Positions 1 to 9,989 are shown, counted from the first letter of the stretch. The stretch is 14,402 nt of DNA from an uncultured Methanosarcinaceae archaeon (GCA_963721455.1 CAVRJG010000061.1:1-14402), one strand, 5' to 3'. A program made the numbers and translations. Notes: generated by a model not told the origin, from the letters alone.

Positions 1-33
1 ATCTTTTTTTCGGTAAATCATAAATATTTGATG

Positions 34-47
34 ACTGTCAAATTAAG
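34..47. mobile_element. Probable terminal inverted repeat of an IS1634-family element extending off the left edge
   Basis: ACTGTCAAATTAAG matches 12/14 the ends of the IS1634 element at 12806-14401 (ACTGTCAAACTTAG / ACTGTCAAAGTCAG). No transposase is visible inside the window. Confidence 0.4.
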
Positions 48-427
48 CATTAGGAACTTGGGTTATTCGGAACTACTGAAATAACAGAATCCTTTATTAA
101 GTCAAACAATATCTCTGTAAAAAAATACCTTTTTGAAATGAATTTTGAATTCTATTTTCAAACAAAAAACTCGTTATTCTGTATCTAAACAAACATGAAA
201 TTCTTTGAATAACAGGCACAAATAAATGAAAGTACTTTACCCTACATTTTTTGATTATCGATCACATCATTACCTTGGGCAGTAATGTTGTCCAATTTGG
301 GGTTGCCAAAACTCATACTAAACTAATCAGTGAATTGCCATAGGAGGCTTAAATTTGATTAGGAGTAGAAAATGAAAAATCAGCATGCTGAACCAGTTTT
401 GTTCCGTACTTTCATGCTAAATGTGTT

Positions 428-960
428 GATTACCTTAATGGCCTGCTTCTCCTACCCTATAGGAAAAATCTGAGAAAAATGGCAATTTACTGTTGCAAAT
501 GCTCTAGCAACCAATCATTAAGCCATTTCCTCTCAAATTCTCCCCGGCCTTCTGCAGGTCTCCTAAAATCTGTTCGAACAAAAGCCATTCAAACTATAGG
601 CAAAAATGGTGTTCTTATACTTGACGAATCAGGCATAAAAAAATCAGGAAATTGTTCTGTCGGAGTTTCTCATTAGTATTGCGGCAACTCGGGAAAAGAG
701 GACAATTGTCAGGTTGGAGTATTCCTTGCGTATTTTAAAAAAGAAGAGAATGTTGATGGATGAAAGATTATATTCCTCAAAAATGGATTGATGACAAAGT
801 ACGTTGTTTAAAGGCTAAAGTTCCTCTTGAGGAGATTAGGTTCCGAACAAAGTATGAGCTTGGTCTTGAAATGATTGATAATGCAATAGAAGAGGGTATT
901 CCCTTCTCCTATATCACAATAGATGGATTTATATCACAATAGAGAAGTTTACGGGGGAAA
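428..960 (+). pseudogene. IS701-family transposase remnant
   Basis: Pieces translate to YLNGLL..RKNLRKMA, QSLSHFLSNSP, LILDESGIKKSG.SVGVSH*YCGNSGKEDNCQVGVFLAY, IPQKW...FRTKYELGLEMI..GIPFSYITIDGF..YG, which are IS701 DDE motifs. It has an in-frame TAG at 674-676, frameshifts around 735-775, a 20-bp duplication, and is truncated at about 960. Confidence 0.85.
910..949 (+). repeat. Imperfect 20-bp tandem duplication inside the IS701 remnant
   Basis: TATATCACAATAGA occurs at 910-923 and 930-943 and breaks the DGFYG motif. Confidence 0.75.
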
Positions 961-1115
961 TTTCCCGAAGTATACTGGGAAACTGCCAACGGGGCAATCC
1001 CCAGCAACTTTGCCGACGTTGCCTGTGACTGTCCTTTTTTACAAGTTCGATTGCAAGACTGGCCCTTATTGCGGGGGATCAGATCCCACACAATCTTCTG
1101 ACACGGAGTTTCCAT
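961..1115 (-). pseudogene. N-terminal part of an archaeal HTH transcriptional regulator (COG2522-like), C-terminally truncated
   Basis: Removing one G from G5 (1073-1077) and adding one T to T6 (1035-1040) gives METPCQKIVWDLIPAIRASLAIELVKKGQSQATSAKLLGIAPLAVSQYTSG(K). This fits the PC..LPAIRA.LA..L...G.SQ...A.LLG...AVSQY..GKRG family pattern. The sequence runs into the IS701 remnant at 960/961. Family assignment is from recognition, not a search. Confidence 0.75.
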
Positions 1116-1139
1116 AATTACCATCACTTTTTGAGATTT

Positions 1140-1254
1140 GGTCGTGGGTGTGAGTTATTGAAAACCGTAAACACAAGAATCTCTCTACATTTTCCTCAAA
1201 TACAGGAGATGTACTCGCTTTTTCGGAATTGATCAATAACTCATGTACACGACC
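1140..1254. repeat. Long imperfect inverted repeat with an internal hairpin, upstream of the HTH gene
   Basis: Arms 1140-1161 (GGTCGTG-GGTG-TGAGTTATTGA) and 1233-1254 (TCAATAACTCA-TGTA-CACGACC) give 18 Watson-Crick pairs. Internal stem 1186-1196/1204-1213. Confidence 0.6.
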
Positions 1255-1401
1255 TGAAATTTTACAATTGAAAACGAACATACCTTATATACATATATTT
1301 ATTTTTATTATGAAAAATAATAATAAGATTAATCCAGAATGCAATAACTTCAAGAAAATCGGCAGGTTTTTGAGAATTTATCTATTTTACCCAGTGATAT
1401 T

Positions 1402-2846
1402 CATTGGTCATCGGTTAAGAACTTACTTCCATCTCCCAATGGTGTTTTTCATTTCACCTTTTCATTAAAACCATTCTTCTCTGAACCTTTCTCTGTTTAT
1501 ATGCGGATCCAATGCTTGACTTTCATATACATTCATTATCGTTTCAAAAGTTCTTTGAATTCCACATCTATTCAGAATTACTGTCAACAAATCTGATGCA
1601 TTCTCTGCAAATATTGTGCTCCAACGTAACTGCGTATATTGAGCCATTTTTTCAGGATGAGCTGTTGAGTTTCTTACAAGAGTATAAATCCTTCTGCTAA
1701 CGATTAGTGTTAACATTGCTGTCCAGATTAGAGCCTCAATTACCTGCACATTCTTTGTTTCAAGAACGTCAAGAGCGTATTTGCTTTTTAACTCCTTAAA
1801 CAACAGTTCTATGTCCCATCTTGCTCCATATAATTTTGCAATGTCTTTTGCATTCAAAACATCTTTCTGAATATTTGTGATATATATGTGATGCTTTTCA
1901 TCCTCATCATTATATACCGCAACAAGACGTACAAGCATCTCATCCTGCTTTTGTTTGCCTTTATATGCTCTTCTTTTGAATGCTATTTTTACAACTGCAT
2001 CAATATCTTTTCCAGAAAGTTGTTCAATACACTCACTAACAGGTTTTCCCGCGAACTCTTTGCTTTTTGTCTTAGAAAGTCCCTCTTCAACAGAAACAAG
2101 AATAGGATCCATATTCTTCCTTATTCTTGAAACAAAATATCCTCCGTTTTCCTCAACTCTTGCGAACATTTGAGTTTTGTAAAAACCAAGATCTACAAGA
2201 AGAATACGGTCTTTGATCTAGGGACCTATTTTCAATGTTTTGATCTCAGCTGTTTTTTCAGAGTATAAAGTAACGGTTTTAGGGCCGTTAGCAACTGCAC
2301 TTACCATAACTCCTACTTTTACACCTGCAGCTACTGTTCTTGCTCTTGCTGCTGGAAACTTGTCTGCTAAAGAGGAGTGAAGACGAACAATTGTGCTGTC
2401 CTGAATGAGAACATCCTGGAAGTTTTCGAGTTTCTTGCTAAGTTTTCTACCAGGTTCTTTTGCAAGCTCTTCTATGCCGTGAATAACACACTGATGGAGG
2501 AACTCAACAAGTTGTGGAGTGAATCTATAGTACCAGCTGCTGTCGCTTAGGGTCTTATTTGATTCTTTTTCATAGTCTCTTTTCAAACTGGCAAGTGTAC
2601 GCTGCAAGCGGACACCAAAACCAAGAGTTAAAACCCAAAAGATGACGACAGGGTCAATTTTACGCTCACGTACTATGAGACAAGTTTCTTTGGCAGTTTC
2701 CCTTAACCACTCTTCGGGAAACATTCCCCGAAGAGAGTCTTCAAGAGTAGATGGGGGAAGAGGAGACATAGACGCACTAATATTAAGATTATTAATATAA
2801 AAACACATACGGGAGTGATTTAATAACGCTTAACCGATGACGCATG
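1402..2846 (-). mobile_element. Complete IS4-family (ISH8 group) insertion sequence, 1445 bp
   Basis: TIRs CATTGGTCATCGGTTAAG (1402-1419) and the reverse complement of 2829-2846 (CATGCGTCATCGGTTAAG) are 16/18 identical. Perfect 10-bp target duplication CAGTGATATT at 1392-1401 and 2847-2856. Confidence 0.93.
1465..2769 (-). CDS. IS4/ISH8-group DDE transposase, 434 aa, interrupted only by one in-frame TAG (codon 184, 2218-2220)
   Basis: The two track ORFs are in the same frame: KIGP*IKDRILLVDLGFYKTQMFARV. Motifs QDST, VDLG and Y..RW.IE..FKELK (YREK) are present. Confidence 0.88.
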
Positions 2847-2861
2847 CAGTGATATTCTACG

Positions 2862-2914
2862 ATAAAACTTAAATAGTCGCGATTGTTATGATTATTCACA
2901 ATTGTGAAGGTGTA
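2862..2914 (+). promoter_or_regulatory. iscS promoter (BRE/TATA) with tandem palindromic operator-like boxes and RBS
   Basis: A-rich BRE then CTTAAATA 2868-2875. Degenerate box TCGCGATTGTTA 2877-2888. Perfect 14-bp palindrome TTCACAATTGTGAA 2895-2908. SD AGGTG 2908-2912 ahead of GTG 2918. Confidence 0.65.
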
Positions 2915-2917
2915 AGT

Positions 2918-4102
2918 GTGACATCTGGAGACAAGACCATTTACATGGACAACTCTGCTACGACTCCTGCAAGAAAAGAAGTTGTCGAAGAGATGATTCC
3001 CTACCTGACAGAAAATTTCGGAAACCCTTCTTCTATCTATGAGATCGGAAAAATCTCAAAACATGCAATCGACAAAGCAAGAAAAAAGGTTGCAGATGCT
3101 CTCGGCGCTGAAGAAAATGAGATCTATTTCACATCCGGTGGTACGGAATCCGATAACTGGGCAATTAAGGGGATAGCCTTTGCAAACAGGAATAAAGGAA
3201 AACACATAATCACCTCTTCTATCGAGCACCATGCAGTCCTGCACACCTGTTTGTGGCTGGAAGGGCAGGGGTTTGAGGTGACATACCTGCCTGTGGATAA
3301 ATATGGAATGGTGACCCTTGAGGAACTGAAAAACGCGATCAGAGACCGACACTATACTCATTTCCATAATGCTTGCGAACAATGAAATAGGGACAATTCA
3401 GCCCGTCGAAGAAATCGGAAAAATCGCAAGAGAGAAAAAGATATATTTCCACACGGATGCAGTGCAGGCAATAGGCCATGTCCCTATAGATGTCAAAAAA
3501 ATGAACATTGACCTTTTATCTCTTTCAGGGCACAAGTTCGAAGGGCCAAAGGGATGCGGGGCACTCTACATAAGAAAAGGGACAAAAATAGAAACCCTTC
3601 TGCACGGCGGAGCCCAGGAAAGAAAACGCAGGGCAGGAACCGAGAATGTCCCAGCCATCGTGGGGCTTGGAAAAGCAATAGAGCTTGCAACGGGCGAAAT
3701 TGAAGACTCAAATAAAACTCTGCAAGCGATGAGAGAACGCCTGATTGAAGGGCTTCTGAAGATCCCGAAAACCCACCTCAATGGACATCCCACACAGAGG
3801 CTTGCAAACAACGTGAATGTCACGTTTGAATACATAGAGGGCGAATCTCTCCTGCTTCTGTTAAATGCGAAAGGAATTTTTGCATCCACAGGAAGCGCGT
3901 GCAACTCTTCTTCTCTCGAACCCTCGCATGTGCTTACGGCCTGCGGAGTTCCGCACGAAATAGTCCACGGTTCACTCAGGCTGAGCCTTGGAAGGATGAA
4001 TACCGAAAAAGAGGTGGACAGGGTACTCGAGGCTTTACTCGAGATAGTGCAGAAGCTCAGAAATATGTCCCCGCTGACCCCAGGGAGTACAGGACTATTT
4101 GA
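2918..4102 (+). CDS. iscS: Cysteine desulfurase IscS/NifS (~394 aa after correcting two 1-nt indels)
   Basis: Motifs [25 protein letters not shown] (PLP Lys) and STGSACNS (catalytic Cys). Extra C at ~3346 ([12 protein letters not shown]). Probable missing C at 4078-4081, giving ...MSPLTPREYRTI* with TGA 4100-4102; as written the frame ends at 4139. Confidence 0.93.
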
Positions 4103-4196
4103 GATTATAAATAGGGAAATTACAGGGAATTTTGAGTAAGAAGAAAATCTCTTTAAAATAATCCGAGAATTGAAAAGTAGCATTGGAGGACATCTT

Positions 4197-4586
4197 ATGG
4201 ATTACAGCGTTAAAGTAATGGACCATTTTTCAAACCCCAGAAATATGGGGAGCATTGAGAACAGTGACGGAGTAGGGGAGGTTGGAAACGCGAAGTGCGG
4301 AGATATAATGAAGATCTTCCTTAAGGTGGAAGAAGATCGGATTGCGGACGTGAAGTTCCAGACCTTCGGGTGCGGAGCTGCAATCGCATCAAGCAGTATG
4401 GCAACCGAACTTATCAAAGGAAAAACCCTGGAAGAAGCCTGGAAACTTTCAAACAAAGCAGTTGCAGAGGCACTTGACGGACTTCCTCCGATAAAAATGC
4501 ACTGTTCAATGCTTGCAGAAGAGGCAATCCATGAGGCAATTAATGATTATCTTCGGAAAAAGGGACTTGAGCCCTGGAAGGATTGA
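4197..4586 (+). CDS. iscU: Fe-S cluster scaffold IscU/NifU-N (129 aa)
   Basis: DHFSNPRN, CGD, FGCG and LPPIKMHC motifs. SD GGAGG 4185-4189. Confidence 0.95.
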   Translation: MDYSVKVMDHFSNPRNMGSIENSDGVGEVGNAKCGDIMKIFLKVEEDRIADVKFQTFGCGAAIASSSMATELIKGKTLEEAWKLSNKAVAEALDGLPPIKMHCSMLAEEAIHEAINDYLRKKGLEPWKD

Positions 4587-4635
4587 CTCCGGCTATTTGA
4601 AAAATTATCACGAATTAAAGTCCTGGAGAACATAG

Positions 4636-5369
4636 ATGGAGAAAATTACAAATGAAAAGTATATCAGGCAGATAATGCTTTTTGGGGAAGAGGGCCAGGA
4701 AAAACTGAAGAAGACGCAAAAGTATTTGTTGCCGGGGCAGGAGGTCTGGGATCTCCGGTTTCTACCTATCTTGCAGTTGCAGGGGTAGGGAAAATAATTC
4801 TTGTGGATTTCGATTCAGTGGATCTCAGTAACCTTAACAGGCAATTTCTTCACCATGAAAAAGATATTGGGAGAGAGAAGATAAAATCCGCAGAGGAAAA
4901 ACTGCTCTCCATGAATCCTGAAATAAAAGTAGAGACGATCAGGGAAAAAATCACGGATGAAAATGCAGGCTCAATAGTTCCTCCTTGTGACCTGATTATA
5001 GACGCGCTGGATAATTTTGATACAAGGCATGTCCTGAACAGGCTTGCAGTGGAACGGAATATACCCCTGATTCACGGCGCTGTCTCAGGGTACAGAGGTC
5101 AGGCAACAACAATAATTCCGGGAAAAACTCCCTGCCTTTGCTGTATTTTCCCGAGCTCCTTCAAGAAAGAAGTATTTCCGGTACTTGGGACAACACCAGG
5201 GGTAATAGGCTCAATCCAGGCAAATGAAGCGATTAAATATCTGACAGGACAGGGAAAGCTTCTGGAAAATCGCCTTTTATTATGGGACGGCCTTTCATGC
5301 TCTTTCAGTGAACTTAATGTTAATAAGACAGAGAATTGCCCGGTGTGTGGAATCAATAAAACACAGTAA
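4636..5369 (+). CDS. ThiF/MoeB/E1-like adenylyltransferase (~244 aa; frameshift at ~4710)
   Basis: ATG 4636 with SD GGAG gives MEKITNEKYIRQIMLFGEEGQEKLK, then after a shift AKVFVAGAGGLGS. DFDSVDLSNLNRQ, DALDNFDTR and two CxxC motifs (CLCC, CPVC) follow. Confidence 0.88.
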
Positions 5370-5428
5370 AAAAATTGAAAAACAGGTTTCTGCAGTTTTA
5401 TACCTGCAGTTTGGGGAATGAGATTATT

Positions 5429-6343
5429 ATGGAAAATCAGTTAATTGCAGAAGAAATAAAAAAACTCAAACAGGAAAGGAACGCAATAATCCTTTCACAT
5501 TTTTACACACGCAGGGAAGTTCAGGAAGTTGCGGATTTTGTAGGGGATTCTCTCTCCCTCTGCAAAGCAGCAGTGAATTCAAAAGCAGAGGTTATAGTTT
5601 TTGCAGGCGTTCATTTTATGGCAGAGTCGGCATCAATTATTTCCCCCGAGAAACTGGTCCTTTTACCTGTTCCAGATGCAGGCTGCCCTATGGCAGATAT
5701 GGTCACAGTAAAGTCTCTTAGAAGTGAAAAAGAAAAACATCCGGAAGCAGCAGTTGTTTGCTATGTAAACAGTTCAGCCGCAGTAAAAGCCGAATCTGAT
5801 ATCTGCTGCACATCTGCAAATGCAATAAATGTGGTAAATTCAATTGAAAACCGGGAGATTATCTTTATTCCGGACAAAAACCTCGGAGCATTTGTATCCC
5901 TTCATACCGACAAAAAAATACATCTCTGGCCCGGATTCTGCCACGTTCACGAGAACATCCGTGATGAGAATATAAAAGAACTACAAAAAATGCATCCGGA
6001 TGCGGAATTTCTTGCACATCCCGAGTGCAGGCCTGAAGTCCTTAGCCTTGCGGACCATATTCTCAGTACATCAGGGATTGTAAAAGAAGTGGAAAGATCA
6101 GGTTCCACGGAATTTATAATCGGGACCGAAATGGAAATTGTCCAGAGCCTGAAAAGAAAGTATCCGGATAAAAAATTCTATCCTTCGTCAGAGAAGACTT
6201 TTTGCTACAATATGAAAAAAATCACTCTCGAATCCATTCTGAACAGCCTTCAGAATATGGAATACGAAATCCATGTTCCGGAGCATATAAGGGTAAAAGC
6301 CAGAAAGGCGCTGGACAGGATGCTTGAGATCCGCGGGAATTAA
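5429..6343 (+). CDS. nadA: Quinolinate synthase NadA ([4Fe-4S]), 304 aa
   Basis: GDS, GVHFMAE, GCPMA, YVNS, CTSAN, GFCHVH, HPEC, ST, GTE and C..MK motifs, including the three cluster cysteines. Confidence 0.96.
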   Translation: MENQLIAEEIKKLKQERNAIILSHFYTRREVQEVADFVGDSLSLCKAAVNSKAEVIVFAGVHFMAESASIISPEKLVLLPVPDAGCPMADMVTVKSLRSEKEKHPEAAVVCYVNSSAAVKAESDICCTSANAINVVNSIENREIIFIPDKNLGAFVSLHTDKKIHLWPGFCHVHENIRDENIKELQKMHPDAEFLAHPECRPEVLSLADHILSTSGIVKEVERSGSTEFIIGTEMEIVQSLKRKYPDKKFYPSSEKTFCYNMKKITLESILNSLQNMEYEIHVPEHIRVKARKALDRMLEIRGN

Positions 6344-6348
6344 AATAA

Positions 6349-6383
6349 AAGGAAGGAAATAGGGTTCTTTCCTTGATTTTTTT
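6349..6383 (+). terminator. Hairpin plus T-tract after nadA
   Basis: AAGGAAGGAA-(6 nt)-TTCTTTCCTT stem with one G-U, followed by T7 at 6377-6383. Confidence 0.65.
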
Positions 6384-6451
6384 CCGGAAATATTTTTCGA
6401 AATTGTCGACCTGTGCCATATTTTTACCTTTTTTAATATTTTCTTAATAAC

Positions 6452-6510
6452 AGATAATTATTTATGTTACCATCACAATTGTGAAGATGTAGTAACAATT
6501 GTAAATATAT
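6452..6510 (+). promoter_or_regulatory. Promoter of tRNA-Cys/metY/metX with tandem operator-like boxes
   Basis: TATA candidates TATTTATG 6459-6466 or TAAATATA 6502-6509. Perfect palindrome TCACAATTGTGA 6473-6484 and second box TAACAATTGTAA 6493-6504, 20 bp apart. Confidence 0.65.
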
Positions 6511-6527
6511 GACAAAAGAGCGTGGGC

Positions 6528-6599
6528 GTCAGAATGGCAGAGTGGCTATGCCTCCGGCTGCAACCCGGAGATACGTGAGTTCGATTCTCACTTCTGACT
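6528..6599 (+). tRNA. tRNA-Cys (anticodon GCA), intronless, CCA not encoded
   Basis: Acceptor stem GTCAGAA/TTCTGAC, D stem GCA/TGC with G13-A22, anticodon stem TCCGG/CCGGA with loop CT-GCA-AC (6560-6562), T stem GTGAG/CTCAC with loop TTCGATT, discriminator U73. Confidence 0.93.
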
Positions 6600-6661
6600 T
6601 GAAAAATGGTGAATTTTCCGGGACAGGGTGAAGTACCTGGGAGACTCCCTGGTCGAGATAG

Positions 6662-8035
<1,374 letters not shown>

Positions 8036-8037
8036 GA

Positions 8038-9553
8038 ATGGAAATTTCGGCCCAGATTCCTTCCTTTAAAAACTTTTTTTCGGAAAAAAAAGGCCAGAAT
8101 ATAGGGATAGTCCGTTCAATGAACTACGAAATCCCTGGAATTTTCAGGCTCGATAGTGGAAAAACCCTTTCCCGTGTCAGGATAGAATACGAGATGTACG
8201 GGAAGATGAATGCGGATAAAAGCAACGTTATCCTGATCTGCCATGCCCTTACGGGCGATGCCCATGCTGCCGGACTTCATGCAGGCGATAAAAAACCGGG
8301 ATGGTGGAATATCGTAATCGGCCCCAATAAGGCATTTGACACTGAGAAATATTGCATTATCTGTTCAAACATAATCGGGGGCTGTAAGGGTTCCACAGGC
8401 CCTTCTTCCATAAACCCTGAAACCGGAAAACACTACGGCATCTCGTTTCCTGTAATCACTATAGCGGATATGGTAAATGCCCAGAAAAAGCTGGTCGAGC
8501 ATCTTGGGGTAAAACAGCTTTTTGCAGTTGCAGGCGGCTCGATGGGCGGAATGCAGGTACTTCAATGGACAGTCAGCTATCCTGAAATGGTAAAGAAGGC
8601 GATTGCAATAGCTACCACTGCGTCTTCAACCCCGCAGCAAATCGCATTCGGGGCAATCGGAAGGAAAGCCATAACTGACGACCCGAAATGGAACGGGGGA
8701 AACTATTACGGGAAAGAAATACCTGCACAGGGACTTGCACTTGCCCGTATGATAGGGCATATTACATACCTGAGCGACGCTTCGATGCAGAAGAAGTTCG
8801 GAAGAGACCAGCAGGAGACAGCAGTGTCAGACCTTTCCCCCGAATTTTCAGGTTGAGAGTTACCTGAATTATCAGGGAGATACTTTTACAAAGCGTTTTG
8901 ATGCCAATTCATATCTTTATATTACAAAAGCAGTCGATTTCTTTGACCTTTCGAAGAACGGATCCCTTATTGAGGGTTTCTCAGGCGTTACTGCAAAATA
9001 CCTTGTAATTTCCATAACTTCAGACTGGTTATATCCTCCTTATCAAGCTCAAGAAATCGTATCAGCTCTTACTGCAAACGGAGTTGATGCAAAATACGAA
9101 GAAATGAGGTCTCAATACGGGCACGATGCTTTCCTGCTTGAAGAAGGGCAGCTGAACTACCTGATAAGGGGTTTTCTCTCACAAATTCTTGTAAGCGACA
9201 TCATGAACCAGAAGTTTTATTCGGTTTCCAGAGATGAAACAATAGAAAATGCATCAGTACTCATGGTAAAAAAGAAAGTGAACCATCTGCCTGTCGTATC
9301 AGAGGACGGAAAGCTTGAAGGCATTGTCACCTCCTGGGATATTACAAAAGCCGTCGCCTGCAAAATCACCGAATTGGATGAGATAATCACCCGCGACGTG
9401 AAATATGTACGCGAAGGCGAAAAAATTGAGACTGCGTCCTCAATAATGGAAAAATATTCTATTTCCGCACTCCCTGTAATCGACTCAGAGAACCGCATAA
9501 TAGGCATGGTTACAAGCGAGAGCATAAGCGCTCTTATCGGAAGGTTCAGTTAA
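8038..9553 (+). CDS. metX: Homoserine O-acetyltransferase MetX with C-terminal CBS pair (~504 aa; +1 frameshift at T4 8845-8848)
   Basis: [17 protein letters not shown] (nucleophile Ser) and ARMIGHITY. Removing one T gives [31 protein letters not shown], continuous with two CBS repeats. Start 8038 (SD GAGGT) or 8032 (ATGA overlap with the metY stop). Confidence 0.92.
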
Positions 9554-9713
9554 TCTTCAGAAAAACAGGGGGCATCCTCCTCTATCGAACCTTTCAATAA
9601 CCGTCCTCCCTGATAGCAAGCAGAAATCCGAAATTTTTTGCACATCAAACGGTAACCAGATTGAAGAGAAGGATTCTGTTTCTTCAGCCCTGTAAATTAT
9701 TAAGTTATTTTTT

Positions 9714-9781
9714 GTAACTTCTTTTCCGTAACTTCTTTTCCGTAACTTCTTTTCCGTAACTTCTTTTCCGTAACTTCTTTT
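9714..9781. repeat. Tandem repeat, 14-bp unit GTAACTTCTTTTCC, 4 perfect copies plus 12 bp
   Basis: Units start at 9714, 9728, 9742, 9756 and 9770, with no spacers. Confidence 0.95.
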
Positions 9782-9989
9782 TTAAGTTGGAAATAAACGT
9801 GGTTTGTGTTTAATCGATTTATACTGCCCCAGGGGAACACGAAATGGCATTTTCGAGTCGTTTGTATCCCGCGCAAATGCTTGACTGGAACCGGATTTGC
9901 AGAAATAAGCCTCAACCGCGTAAGTCCTGAAGAATTAAAAAAAGCCACTGACGGAGAGGCCGCTTCTCCTTTTTGCGCTCATAATCCTT

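Noticed and set aside
2888-2917. ORF-track start of iscS at ATG 2888
   Set aside because: It lies only 13 nt after the TATA, upstream of the predicted TSS. GTG 2918 has a properly spaced SD.
3340-3385. Programmed frameshifting or a naturally split IscS
   Set aside because: No slippery heptamer or stimulatory structure is seen, and similar indels are scattered across unrelated genes.
3566-4183. Long antisense ORFs (3566-4183, 7117-7653, 3056-3382, 9217-9525 and similar)
   Set aside because: They are shadows of well-supported genes on the opposite strand and have no recognisable motifs.
6528-6599. tRNA as an integration (att) site, or as tRNA-Sec/tRNA-Pyl
   Set aside because: No integrase or duplicated 3' end is seen. 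The anticodon is GCA with a normal 7-bp acceptor stem and short variable loop.
9714-9781. Repeat array as CRISPR
   Set aside because: 14-bp units are directly adjacent with no spacers and no cas genes nearby.
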